64,000 nt of DNA from Raillietiella orientalis (Eukaryota), in contig JAYWIR010000056.1 of NCBI GenBank assembly GCA_036172245.1, positions 558,001-622,000 of the forward strand, read 5' to 3'. Made by a program: the position numbers and the translations under genes. Below, piece after piece: positions 1 through 12,439 of the stretch (position 1 is the stretch's first letter; every line of letters starts with the position of its first letter). The notes beneath the pieces are model-generated. The model was not told the DNA's origin, did no database searches, and saw only the letters and a program-made list of their open reading frames with translations.

Positions 1-3000
1 CTATGAGCGCAAGGGAAATATTTTCAAAAAACAGAATACATAATAAATGAAGGGTCATCTTTATAACTACCACTTTCTTATTTGCTACTATGAAAAACTT
101 CCTAAAAGACTGCCTCACTTGAAACAAGAGCCATTAACGGTGCCATCCCTTACATATCACTTATGGTAATTTCTTGATGGAGGCGGAGCTGCCAACGACT
201 CTCTAATGCTAATAATGAGGCGTAGCACTGATTTCCTTGTAAACGGATATCAAGTTCCAGTTTCAAGATAAAATAGATGCACCGTCCACACATCGTAATT
301 ATATGAAGGTTTATGCAGAATATAAACTAATCAATTCCTGTAGTCTCTAGAGATCTCTGTGAGATTCCCATCATAATCTGGAAAAAAATAACTGCCTGTA
401 ACCTAGAATTCTTCAAATTAATCGAAAAATTCTGCTCTTTTTTTCCAGTAGGGATAGTCAAAATTTTTCCATATTTCCAGCTTTCTTCTAGTGATTCCCC
501 GCACAGAAAAAGGATATGAATTTCACAAGAGCTCGCGGCATCCTTCCTGCTAGGAACGGATTTTCTCCCATTTTGTCAAAAATTGTGAAGCTCGAATAAC
601 CGTGAAAATCCTTCTCTAGCATAATTCGCGGAAATGCCGAAGTCACTCAGTTTCATTTTTGATATATTGCCCTCCTAGGCATTTAAAATACTTTTCATAT
701 AAAAAAATATACAAAAAATAAATTGCGTAAACAACATATAAGAAATTCATATCCTTTCCAACAAATGAAAACGCAAAAAATTGATGTCTCCTAAGCTCAA
801 GCTAACATCAGCTCGTTTGCTATAATTTCCAATGCATAACAGCCAGTTTACATAGCCAAAATCACAAAGGTGTTCGGTAATATTCTAGAGAAACAGGCAT
901 AAATAGTGGATGAGAACAGGCATCAACTAGCGCAACACAGAAAATCTCGAAACAACTCTTCATCTAGCATCAAGAAAATATATATAAGAACGTCTTCTCA
1001 GAAAGGACTTGTATCAATTCAACTTAATTCTTTCCTCTTATGGATGAATAAAAGCATAAAGTTGGATGAGCACTTATGCCCATCAGTTTTTCTGAATCAG
1101 TTCAATTTGTTTGTTGTTTCTATAGAAAATCAAACTGGATGGGCTTCGTCAAAGTCCAGACTTAATTAAAGCATTAATCGGAGACGTCACGAAAAATCAG
1201 AAATTGTTCTTCACATATTTTGCTTTCATATATTCATATATTTCATTTTCATTTCATGTATTCATTATTTACATGTTCTTCATACATTCACACACAATGT
1301 AAACTTGGAGTTAATCAGTTGCATTAGAACTTCAGTTCTAAGAATAGAAAAATATCAACACGAACTGAGGACTGCTTAGTACTTGAAAACGAATTTTTTT
1401 TTTCCAAATTTATAGGTAAGCTTTTGTGGAATTTTATCTATAATTCGTCGACGACGAATCATGTTTTGGAATTTTTCAGCAACTACCCTTTCAAGCCGAT
1501 TGCCGAGGCAAAGTGAGTCCCTCACCCCGAGCTCAGTCTTAGGATTAGGAGAGTGAAAACCTACGGATTGGATCCGGGATAAATCACAGTCCTCTAGGCT
1601 TTAAAGAAAGGGGCCATGATGTATAGCTACAGCTATCCAGCTGGATCTGACGGTATTCTTAAGCAGGTAGCACTGCGTGGAGAAAGGCTAAACGGTCACT
1701 TTAGAAACGCAACGTTTCCTTGAGCGATTCCAAGGCCACATGCTCATGAAAAGAAGTCCGGAATAGCAGTTTGAACGTAATTTCGGCCACCCTTGAGTTG
1801 CGTTGAGAGCAAACATAATCGAAGCTTCGAGTCGAAGCTTTGAATTCGAAGTGTCCATTAAGTTTTGGAACAGAGAGCAGAAGTCGCTGAAGCCGAGTCC
1901 TTAGAACTATCAATTCCTCCTACCTTGTCCTTAGTGTTTTCACTCTTAGAGTTGTAGCTTTCTATCTCAGCGAACGAGAATCCACATGCAACTTGCAGGA
2001 CTACTCCCCTAAGGATGAATGAAGAAAGTGCAGTTGCAAGCATGGACTGCAAGCAAGAGGACATACTTGTGATCTCATTGCAAATTGAGCTCCTGAATGC
2101 GCGATGCGTCACACCAATACAGAAAATGGACTGCAGCCCTTTTTTTGATCTCGATCGAGAGCATGCCGAAACAGGAATGCCCATGAAACTCTGTGATACC
2201 TTCGAGACTGTCCCGGGGTCCGTCTGCCACCCACACACTCTAAGGAGCAGATTACTGGTTATTCGTTCCGCCTCTTCGAAGAGGAAGGCAACAAAAATAT
2301 CAAGCTGGGAGGTGCGCTCGCAAAGCAGCGATTCGGGAATCAGCAAAGTGACCAGAGGGTCAGAGTAGGCATCAGAGGGTTCTATAGCAGGACAAGAAAC
2401 TCCTAACGGATTCCCAAGGTATCGCAAGTTTTCTAGAAGTGGAGATGATTCGGACTCGCATCCCCAGAAACGCCATCAGGAAGTATTCGGGTGCTCGAAG
2501 AGCTGTGCACCACGCTGACAGGAAACAGCCGTGGGTGCGCTTGCTTCAAGGCCGAAATACTGTGGACGCCGCTCTGCCTGCTGCCTCTGTGACCGCGGCG
2601 CGGCCCACAACACGACGCTCGAGCGCAACCTACGGGAGGAGTGGAAGGTGCTGCTGGCCCTTCTGCAGTTTGCATTTGCTGACAGGGTGAGGGGCGCTCT
2701 TCAAGAAAAAACAAGAGAGGAAGCGGTGCTAGGACACCTAAAGCATACTCGAAGGCTCCGGTTGGCTCCTTCTCTTCATCTTTCAAGGAGCAGCCTCAAC
2801 ACTGCCATGATCATCGATGCAAGCTCGAGGAAGAAAGTGTTTGTGGTTTGTGGTTTTTGAGGAATGTCCAAAGAGAGTCGTCGTGACTTTCACTAACCAA
2901 AAAGCACCCAGGAAAAGGGATACGACACAATACTTCAGCCTGCCCACGTACCTCTGCTTCCTCGTCCACGTCGGCAGCCAGCGCAGTGTTCTTTTTTTTC

Positions 3001-3742
3001 GGAATTTTCGTTTCTGCCCTTCCACTCAAGTCTCCTGGGACGCCGGCTCGCTAAAAAGGAGCGAACAGGCAGCGGGTGAGCAGCGCACCCGTCTCCGAAA
3101 GTGAAGCGCGCCGTCCACCACGCCATCACCGCTTCCAACGGTCCATTGCAGCCGGGCACCTGGCAACCGACATCGACAGCATCGGGGGTAGAGTCAGCGT
3201 GGAGATGTCTGCATGCGGAATGCCGGAGGCGGGGACGTCTGTGGTGGGATGCAGTGGACACAAAACACGCTCCGAAGCATTCCATTTCACGAACGGAAAT
3301 GGCTTCGTCTGTCTGTTGGAGGTCGTGGCTCCCTGCACTGTAGCAGCTCAGGGTAGAAGGGGCAGTGATAGAAAGCGCTCGTAACTAACAGCGTGGAGGC
3401 AGATGGTGCATTTCAACACATCACCACCCGGAAGATTCATAAGGTCGCCCTGGTCAGTTGCTGAACAGAACAGAGTCACGTTCTTGGCTCATTCCCCCAG
3501 CCCACAAGCACCCAGAAACTCAAAAATCTGTCTCAATGAATGCAACTTGCACTTTTATTTGCCTGCTAGCCGGGTCGATCGCATCAATGCTGGACATCCG
3601 CACGAATGACCGTTGCAGCCGCAGAACGGAATGTAGACGTCATGCTACAGACACTCCTTCACCCTCGCGATCCCTGCGATATCGCTGTTCAGGTTTCCAT
3701 GGCTCCCTTCCCACTGTTTGAAAAAAAAGTGTCCTGCTCGCT

Positions 3743-4558
3743 ATGCACGTTCGCTTCCTGCTACAGAATACGGAACACATCAGCACCATGGACAATGCTT
3801 TGGATGGATTGAGTTCGGATGCTGCAAGGGAAGACTCGTCGGGCGTGCTGCCCATTCCGCGCGGGTCGACTCCCGGGACGGCAGAGTCGTCTACCAGCGG
3901 AATTTCCCGCTGCCAGATCGCCTGGGAACAGCAGCCCATCCAGCTGTTTCCCGGCCTCCAACTGTGGACCACGTTGGAGTCCTCCAACTCGTCTTCCTTC
4001 ACTTCAGAGGAAAGCACCGCCGCGATTGAAGCTGCGCGGGAGATCCACCTGCCACCAGCCGATCCGTGGGCGTCACACCAGGCGTCGGAGCACCAGGATC
4101 TACGAATCGGAACCACTTCCTCAATGGCCAACGGTTCCTTCTTTTCCATATTCCTCGGAGACTACTGTCCTCACTGCGAGCAGTTCACGACGAGCCCCGT
4201 CTGGGACTGAACGGCGGTGACACAGGGTGTTCCGCGGCCGATTTGGGGACTGGTGCGGGGCACTGGTCACCCCGGCGAGGTTTCCCCGGCGGCGGGTGCT
4301 GCGGAAGCCCAGCCTACGCCCTGCTTGGAAGAGGACGTGCGAGCCACCGGAGACGTCTGCGTTTCCGGAGGAGGGAGCTCCTGCGGGACAGCGGCCTGCA
4401 GCAGCAGCGCATTAGCCTCGGAGAGCGTCGACTCCAGCACAGGAGGCGGCTCAGGCCTTGCCGAAAGCACCCCGTCCTCCGGGAAGAGCGGCCTGAAGAA
4501 CAGGATGCGCATCTGCGTTTCTCCTCGGCATCGGCGCCGGAGCGATCCACATCAATGA
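3743..4558 (+). other. Unrecognised ORF family, copy 1: 272-codon frame interrupted only by TGA at 4208-4210
   Basis: ORFs 3743..4210 and 4217..4558 are in the same frame. They contain FLGDYCPHCEQFTTSPVWD*TAVTQGVPRPIWGLVRGTGHPGEV (4151-4282), shared with copies at 11076-11207 and 14642-14511. Confidence 0.6.
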
Positions 4559-7500
4559 AATCCCTGCTACTCGGTTTGAGTGAGTTTTTTTTTTCTTGTG
4601 CCTAGCAGTCAATGCAGAACGAATCTCAGAACAGATTACTTCAAAGGAAAGAAAGGGGAACAAAGGAACCTCCTTCCATGGGTTTCCAGCCTCCACCTGT
4701 TCTTGAATGCCACTCCTAAGATTCTTTCATAATGGTTCTTTGATTCTGCATTACTGGATGTCGAAATGCAATACGCTCGGTTAATGCGAATGAACTTTGT
4801 CGTCACACCGAATGTACATGCATTTGGAGGTTCAGCGATGAATTTCCTTCCGCTTGAAAGGTACGTAACCAAGGGAAACACACAAAGCTGAAAGGACCAC
4901 ACAAATGATGTGCTGATCCAAATCAAAGCTTTCAAGTATTTTTCATTTGCAAATACACATTGCTTGTGACCTCTGCAATATCACAACTACCAATATGCAA
5001 CACATCAGGAGAATTTTCAAGTTTTGGACTCAAGAGTCAGATAAACAGATCTCAACGAAACAAATCATCTCCACATAGAACCTACTTTCTCTTCCACTTT
5101 GCTCATAAGAGAGTGGGGCTCATATTTGTCAAAGGATTAGACGAGAAAACGATTCCACATAACAGCATGCATTCGGAATACAACATTCGCTTTCACAAAC
5201 TGCGCTGGGATTGTAGAAAAAGACCATTCCATAATTCGGAAAGTGCATGAACACATTCGTACATTGACCTGTCCAGTTTCTCTTCAAAATGATGATACTC
5301 CCATCTGCAAATTTGGAACACCATCAGAACTTTTCATTGCATTGATGAAAAACTCAACTTGGGAATAACTCATGATTCCGTGCTAATTGCTGATGTCATC
5401 TTTGCATTATTCCGAAAAATAGAACTGTCCTGCCTAAGTTCATCAGTCACATTAGAAAGCAAGTCAGCATACCCGCAATACGATTACCATCTTTAGCTGC
5501 TCCGAAGGGCACTTTCACCCTCTAAGTGGCATGGTATTTTGTATAGAGCTGGAGCTATAATCATCCAGTGGAGAAGAAGCAAACAGTTCAAAATCTTGAC
5601 TTCCAGTATGGACGGAGGCATTGACATGACCACTGCAAGAACACAGTTCACATATAGAACAAAAACCCTTGAAACTGGAGCGGAAGGTTTCATTTTGAAG
5701 GAACTTGTCTTACAGCGATCCAGAAGTCCCTCACAGAAGAAATCGGACAGGCCCGGAATCCAGATTTTCTATGAAGAGTCGGTTGAATTCAAAGACTCCT
5801 GAGGGAACACATTGATTCCAACTTTCAAAGAAGACAAGTTCATGAGAAGGGATGTTTCAGCTTTCCACCTCCCTGCAAACGTCCTATTTCTCAATCGATG
5901 CGTACCATCACAGGATGACACCAACATCGTGAGACAGGCCTGCGAAGAAAGAAGTGACCGCTGGAAAAATCTACCACAAGTGTGACACGGTTAACTAGAA
6001 CATGTTTGCGCACATGCTGAGAGTGGTGATGCGGAAGTACTTTACAGCATTCGAGGAGCACCAAGGCAAAGGAAAGAGGTCCCACGCGTCCTTGGGCGAG
6101 AGCTCCTGGAATCCTTTGGGAGCAACTCGCGAAATCGCTGATTTTAAAGAAACAAGCAGGTGCTTTGGGAGAGTTTCAAAGATTGAGCATAATTGAATTC
6201 ATTTCTGAGTCGATCCCTCTGGTATTCGAATGAATACTATTCGCGCTTTTCAGTCTTATCCAAGAATTTTCAGCAACTCCTCGATATCCTTAATGGCAAC
6301 TTCTACTTCCATGATGCCATCAACGCACTCGACCCTTGTAAGGAAGTCGCCAAACACTGAATACACGGAACCTGACGCCGATTTCAACACAATGTACACG
6401 TCTCCTGATATCACACTCACGTCTTTCGAATTTTGGGAAACCGTTTTCCGAGGGGAATTTTTTCATTCCAGCGTGCTGAAGAAGGAAATCCTACACGAGA
6501 TGGAAGCAAAAGAAATTCAAAATACAAAGAGAGCGAAGATTGCTGCTCCACATTCTTTACATGAATGATTGGGAACGTATGTGACCATTTTGCAAAGAAC
6601 ATTCAAGAAACGTACTTCTTGTACATCTTCGTCATGCAGCATTTAAGGAAAAGAAAAGAAAATAGCCAATCATCACAAAATGGAAATCTCATCATAGGAC
6701 TGCCTCACGATTCAATGTTCTCTGAGCAGCTTGCAGATTCTCACATTGTATTCGTACCGATTCGCAGTGTCAGTTCTTATCCCCATCTATGCATCTGACT
6801 TGCAGTCCCTGCTAACCAATTTGGGAAGCAGAGGGCCAAAATTTACCTTCTCCCTGAACGACAAGGGAACATGTAGAATTGAAAAGATGGAGAATAGAGT
6901 TTTTGTAAGAACAACATGCAACGAACGGTAATGAGGAGGAACGACACCGTCAAAGTAAATCACGAAGCAAGACATGATCTTGGTTCCCCACCTTGTGTAC
7001 TGAAACACTGCAAAGAAAGGAAAGGAAAAGACAATTCCTCTTCTGGTGAAAATCCGAAAACATCGCTCACGTGTACCACAAGCGGTGCAGACACTTGAGA
7101 ATCAGTTCCCTTGCTATCTGAAAATTTCCCCTTTTCATTCCAGAATTGTTCGTTACAACAAATCATAGTACATAACACCGATGAACTTTTCAATGTACTA
7201 AACATTGGAACACAGCTGAAGGGAAACCTTCTCTTCAGGTTGTTGAATGACAAGGCTGATCATTTTCGCAGCCATACGTACACACTCAAGTGAACTCTTA
7301 TACAAATTCCTTCTGAAAATCACCGTTACGGACGGGAAGGTTTCATTGCAGTTCCTCATACAATTTGACGGAAGGAATGGGACTGATCAGGAGAGTTTCG
7401 AGAAAAGTCAGCCCCTGTGAGACAGCAGCCCTCTGCAGCCCTCTGCCTTCGAGCGTCGACTCCAGCGCTGGACGCAGCTCTCGCCTTCCTGACAACGCCC

Positions 7501-8009
7501 CATCCTTCGGGAAGAACGGCGCCAGAAAAAGGATTCGCAGGTTCCTGCGTAGGTTCCTCTACAGGATGCTCTTGAGCGTCGCTAGCTAATTCAGAAGCAC
7601 TACATGAGGAATCCGTTCGAGTGGTAGGGGTTGAATAGGGTGGAAGCACGAATACAACCGGGTGCTGAAGCAGATGGACGCAACTACAAGGAACTTCGGG
7701 GTTTCAGGACAACGACAACAGACGTGCAAAGCATACACAATTGAAACGAAATGGAGTAAAGGGTTATGCAAGCAAGTAGAGGTGACATGAAAACGGCCAC
7801 AACACCCAGGGCCCGCGTCGGAGGCCTTGTGGTTGAGGCTTCCGCGTGTGGCACCATGCGTCGCGGGTTCGAATACTTCGGCAGAAACTCTGACGCCATT
7901 GCGTCGTTTGGGTTCCGAGTTTCTCCTGCAATGGAGCTGGTTGGCCAAGACATTCGGGCGTGGCGCCGGTGGTGGTTTAAAGCGGAGGCCCCCGATGAAG
8001 GCCGGAACA

Positions 8010-8880
8010 ATGGGAGTCGACCTTCGGGTCCTCCCAGGAATCAAGGAGTGGGGAGTTTCCCCCTCCTGTCGTGCAACGGAGAGCGGACCCCCTCACCGAG
8101 GGACCCCTCCAGTTTCAAGATGGAGCAGGAGCCCTCACGGGCACCTCTCCAGTTGTTCAAAGGAGAGGACCCTCCCCATTGCGGGGGGGACCCTCCGAGT
8201 CGTCGCCTCTTCACAGAGTGTGCACAAGGAAGCAAGCGAGAGCGATTCTCTGCGGGAAGCTGCAGCGCCCCTTCTGAGTTTCGGAAGCGTCCCTTCGGGT
8301 TCTCTTCAGAAAAGTGAACAGGAGCGGTTCCCTTGCAGGTTCCCTCCGGAGAAGAGATTCCTACAAGCGGATCCTTTCCGGGTTCCCTTCGGAGGAGTTG
8401 AAATGGAGAGGACCACCTCCCTCCCAGGGGATGTCCCTCCGGAGAGAATGAGGAAGGAGATTCCCTTCGGGGTTCCCCTTTGGAGACAACCAGGGTGGGA
8501 GATGCGATCTTCCCCCTTCCGGGGGGATCCCTCCCCAAGCGTGAGAGGAACGGACTCCGAGCCCTTCCTGGATTCATAGGGCGGACCCCCATCCCGGGGT
8601 GCCCCCTATCCTTATTACACGCCCCCTGCGGGTTGCCGCGGGCGGAGTGGCGTGGAAACAAAACAGTGTGTTAAAAAGAGCCACGTACGCCGCGAGGCAC
8701 GCGACCGGCTCTGAGGTACTTAGAGAATCAAAAAAAAAGAAAACTCTTAAAAAAAAAAAAAGCTGGAAGAAAAACAGCGAATTCAGAAGAAAAAGAAGAA
8801 CCCAAGGATTTCCATCGTCCTAGGCCAATAGTAACGATCTCCTCGTGGGGGTCACTACTGGCCTTTTTAAAAAAAAAAAA
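8010..8880 (+). mobile_element. Related non-autonomous or deleted retroelement copy ending in a hairpin and poly(A)
   Basis: Shares CCAAGCGTGAGAGGAACGGAC..GAGCCCTTCCTGGATTC and TAGGCCAATA...CTACTG.CCTT with the 54-55 kb element, and ends in A12 at 8869-8880. Confidence 0.65.
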
Positions 8881-9679
8881 CACCTAGGGACATTTTCCAG
8901 TTTTCGGAAGATGAAAGCACGAAAGCTTCCAGCAGAAAGAATTCACATTCTTTCTGATAAGCAAATTCGTGGCCATTAGAAAAATCCCGGAAAACTCCCT
9001 GGGCAAATAGATAACACAGTTCTTTGAAGATCGGGAATTACGGTATGCACTCTTAATCAACGGAGAAACCTGCAAATAGGACCATGAAAGAACACAGACG
9101 AATTCCCATCTCACTCCATAGCTTTCCGAAGAGACGCAAAAATGACTTGAACGGAATAAAATGAGATGAAACTGATGCGATTGTGATTGTCAATTAGCCA
9201 TTCGAACTTGCTGGAAATATCGACGAAATGAACCTCTCGCTCTATCGGGATCCATAGAAAAATGGTTTCAAATAGTCATCTCTTGCCATGATACCCAAGG
9301 GCAAGGGGAACTTTCAGCTGCCTTTTGTGCTAAATCACATAAGAGCAAACAGGGTGAGCACAGAAACCATCAAAGTTCATCTGGAGGAATGATTTATTGA
9401 GACTTTGAAGTCTGCGGAATACTACCTGTGAACCTTTTACGTAAGATTAAGAAAAATGAATCCTCAGCATCCAATGCACATGCAGAAAGCTATCACTTAC
9501 ATGCTTTCCGTTGCATATTTGAAGCCAGCAGTGATTTGCTCTTATTAATGAAAGAGGATGTCACTTTCGATGGAAATCCGTTCGTCGGATGAGCTGATCA
9601 GAAATGAACACATTCATACTCGTACAAGTGGCATTCCTTTTGCAAAAACTCGAATGTAGGAGGTTGAGTTCAAGGAGTG

Positions 9680-10060
9680 ACCTATCGTTGCACACCCAGA
9701 TGACCTCCTAGAGTTCTACGGAGGAATCCGGAGAGGAACAAAATGAATAACTTTAAGGGCAACCAAACTGATGAGGATTGCAGATCATGGGGTGACGTGA
9801 ACACGAGACTTTACATCTTGACCTCTCCCACGATGGTTCAAGACTGGCTACACCCTGAAAAACGAGATTGGGCTAGCTCGAAGATGGAAGTTCAGGAGGT
9901 GGTTTCAGGGAAACGGAAACGTCTTCCCCTACAACCCGATGGCAAGGACGACCTTCTCCCTGTTCATCACCGCCATCCTTATGCGATGGTGGAAGACGGT
10001 GACGGCCAGTACAGTCGTATCCTCCTTGGAAAGCCTGGAAGGCATTATCTTCGAACCTTT
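9680..10060 (+). mobile_element. Short decayed copy of lineage A non-LTR 3' coding region
   Basis: DDLLEFYGGI...EDCRSWGDVNTRLYILTSPTMVQDW...GNGNVFPYNPMARTTFSLFITAILMR aligns with 17069..17545. Confidence 0.65.
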
Positions 10061-10967
10061 TTCCAAAAGACGAGTTTGTCGAGTGAATGCGACTGAGAGT
10101 TTTTGCTGTATGATGCACTTGTACACACTAGTACACAAAACCGGAATTGGTTCGTCCTCACCTGTGAACTACGTACCACTGCATATTAACATGCACATTG
10201 TTCATAGTAATACCATTGTAAGGCATATGTGCAGACACGTTCATACACATATATAGGATTGTGAAAACGATTAACAAATACGTTTATCATCCACACACAA
10301 GAAACGTGGAGGCTGCTGGTCCAAACAGAAGAAAAGTCGGTTCCCTCGCTCCCTGACCTCCTTTCGATGTTTTCATGGTTCCCCTGAGAATAAAAACAAA
10401 AATCCCTGTCCTGCAGGCTACGTGCTCTCGTTTGCTTGTGGATAGACTCAGCGACAACATGCAGGGATGAACGTTTGATGCGAAGTCTGCACTTTCCTTG
10501 GTGCCAGGGACATCTTGCCAGGAGTGACGCTTGTTTCTCGCGGGGCGGCGCCAGAGGCGGCAAATTCGCTCGCCGGCGGGTTCCCGAGCGAGCGTGACGC
10601 CGGGAAAACCAGGCGCGGTTGGAATGGCGACTTTCGAATCCCTTCCATATGTTCTCCACCTCGAAGTGGTCTTCGAGCAGGGGTGACGAGAGACCCAGCT
10701 CGCCATCAGTGAAAGAGGTAAGCCCGAATGCGAAGGCGGATTGGTGGGCGCAAATAGAAATGGGGGTGGCGTCGTCGTCTGAAGGGCGGTGGCGGGTAGA
10801 ACTGGCGTCGCTGTTACAAGCGTGTCGGCTGGAAGAACTGGCGCCGCTTCCAAATGCGTGGCGGCCGCAGAGAGTGGCAATCTCTACGGATGCTTAGGAG
10901 CAGCAGGGGGGCGACAACTCTTCAGGAGGATTGTCGGCCACAGGAGATGGAGAATAAGGAAGCGTGA

Positions 10968-11282
10968 CGGCCGCAAGAACTGGGGCCGCTTTCGGTTGCG
11001 TGGAGGCAGCACGAAGCGGCGAGAGACCTGAATCCGTGGACCGCGCGCCCTATTGCAGAGGAATCCAGTCTGCCGTTCCTGGCTCCCTGTTGCCGTCACT
11101 GTTGCCACCTGTGTCTCGACCCAATGTGGGTATGGACATGGAAGACGGAAGGTGTCCATTCGCCGGATTGGTGCTCGATGCCAGGCAATGGTCGTCCTGG
11201 CAATGTTATGCTGACGGCGACTACATCGCTTCAAAAAGAGTTCCTCTCTCGAAAAGGAAGATGTACGCGAGCGGTGGCATAG
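10968..11282 (+). other. Unrecognised ORF family, copy 2 (decayed; Trp at the position that is TGA in the other copies)
   Basis: A frame not listed in the ORF track reads ...DLNPWTARPIAEESSLPFLAPCCRHCCHLCLDPMWVWTWKTEGVHSPDWCSMPGNGRPGNV... and aligns gaplessly to the motif of copies 1 and 3. It is flanked by stops at 10965 and 11280. Confidence 0.55.
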
Positions 11283-12439
11283 ACTCCAGCGCTTCAGCTG
11301 TAGCGAGGAGACGCTGTGGGACGGCGGCCCGCAGCTACAACTCATTAGCCAGCTTCGAAGACTGCAGCAGCGTGGGTAGCGGCTCTTTTCTTCCATAGTG
11401 TGCCCTGCCATCCCGCATGGCCGCCACCAAAAGGAGGATGGGCAGGTTCCTGCGGCGGCCACTTCTGTGCCGAGCTCGTCAGCTTCGCCGACGGGAAGCT
11501 GCATAAGAATGAAGTAACCACTCCTCGGATTCCCAGTTGGAACGTGGGCCGGGAAGTGGGGCGCGCGTGTTCACGAGAGGTTTTGCGCTTTCCGACAAAC
11601 TCAGATGCGCGAATCCTCGCGAGGAGGCGGTAAAGGCTGATGCCTGCTAATTGGAGAGATGGCGCACGCATCGCCACATGCAGTTTTGAGGAATGCATTG
11701 CAAAAGTGATTTCAGGAATTTGTTATCCCGAATCAGTTCCATGTTCCGAGAGAAGTGCGCTGCTCCTTCGCGACGCTGATCCGATTGCTTTCTGTGGAAG
11801 TACACATTGCGAAAGTCGTCAAGCGAGAACACACTTCGGCAAAGTTCCCCCGTGCCGCGATGAAATCGGAGAAACCATGGCTTTGCATGAGCCGCGGATG
11901 GGCTGATTCGTTTACCACGAAGCACTCCGTTCCAGGTGGCATATGCCGCGCTGCGCCGTTGCCCTCAGGAAAGCGGTTGTCCTTCAGGGTTTATCCTCCA
12001 CCAGCGCTTCCGCGATGCACGTCGCAAAGATGCGTTCCGCTGCCCTCCGAATTCCACTTCCACCCGTGTCTGCCAGCCACCTTCCACACACAAAGTTGCA
12101 TTCCGACTCTTCGGGCGAAGATGCACTGACCTCACTCCCATTTCAGTGTGAGTTCAACTGATGGAAGAGGTTTTGTCTCATCTGTAAGAGTGCTTCTCTT
12201 CTTCACGCTGAGAACTTTTTTCGTTGCGGTTGCGAATGTCAGCACGCACAGTGGTTCGTTCCTCGATCTGTTCTGGAATGTTCCAGAAGTCGCTTTCTAA
12301 GGCGAACCCGCTCTCAGTGCATGTTGGACTCTGTTTTCTTCTTTTCTCTCCTGCTCATTTTGAGAAAACATCTCTCACCGTGATGTGCTGGAAATCGCAC
12401 ATTCAGTTTTCACCTACAGTCTTTTGGTTTCTCTTTTCC

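Noticed and set aside
1858..2427. 189-aa minus-strand ORF starting RYLGNPLG as a LINE RT fragment or gene
   Set aside because: Only a YLG.PL-like word supports it; the rest does not follow the expected motif order.
4838..4895. SECIS candidate downstream of TGA-family copy 1 (AUGAA-UUUCCUU...AAA...AAGGGAAA)
   Set aside because: The stem is not closed by the required 3' GA of the kink-turn core.
8012..8530. Hairpin array as a CRISPR array
   Set aside because: Eukaryotic context, no cas genes, units are not identical repeats and linkers are mostly ~10 nt.
7766..8661. Long overlapping ORFs (183, 250 and 206 aa) as genes
   Set aside because: They run over the GC-rich hairpin array where stops are rare, carry no recognisable domain, and the homologous 54-kb copy does not preserve one frame.
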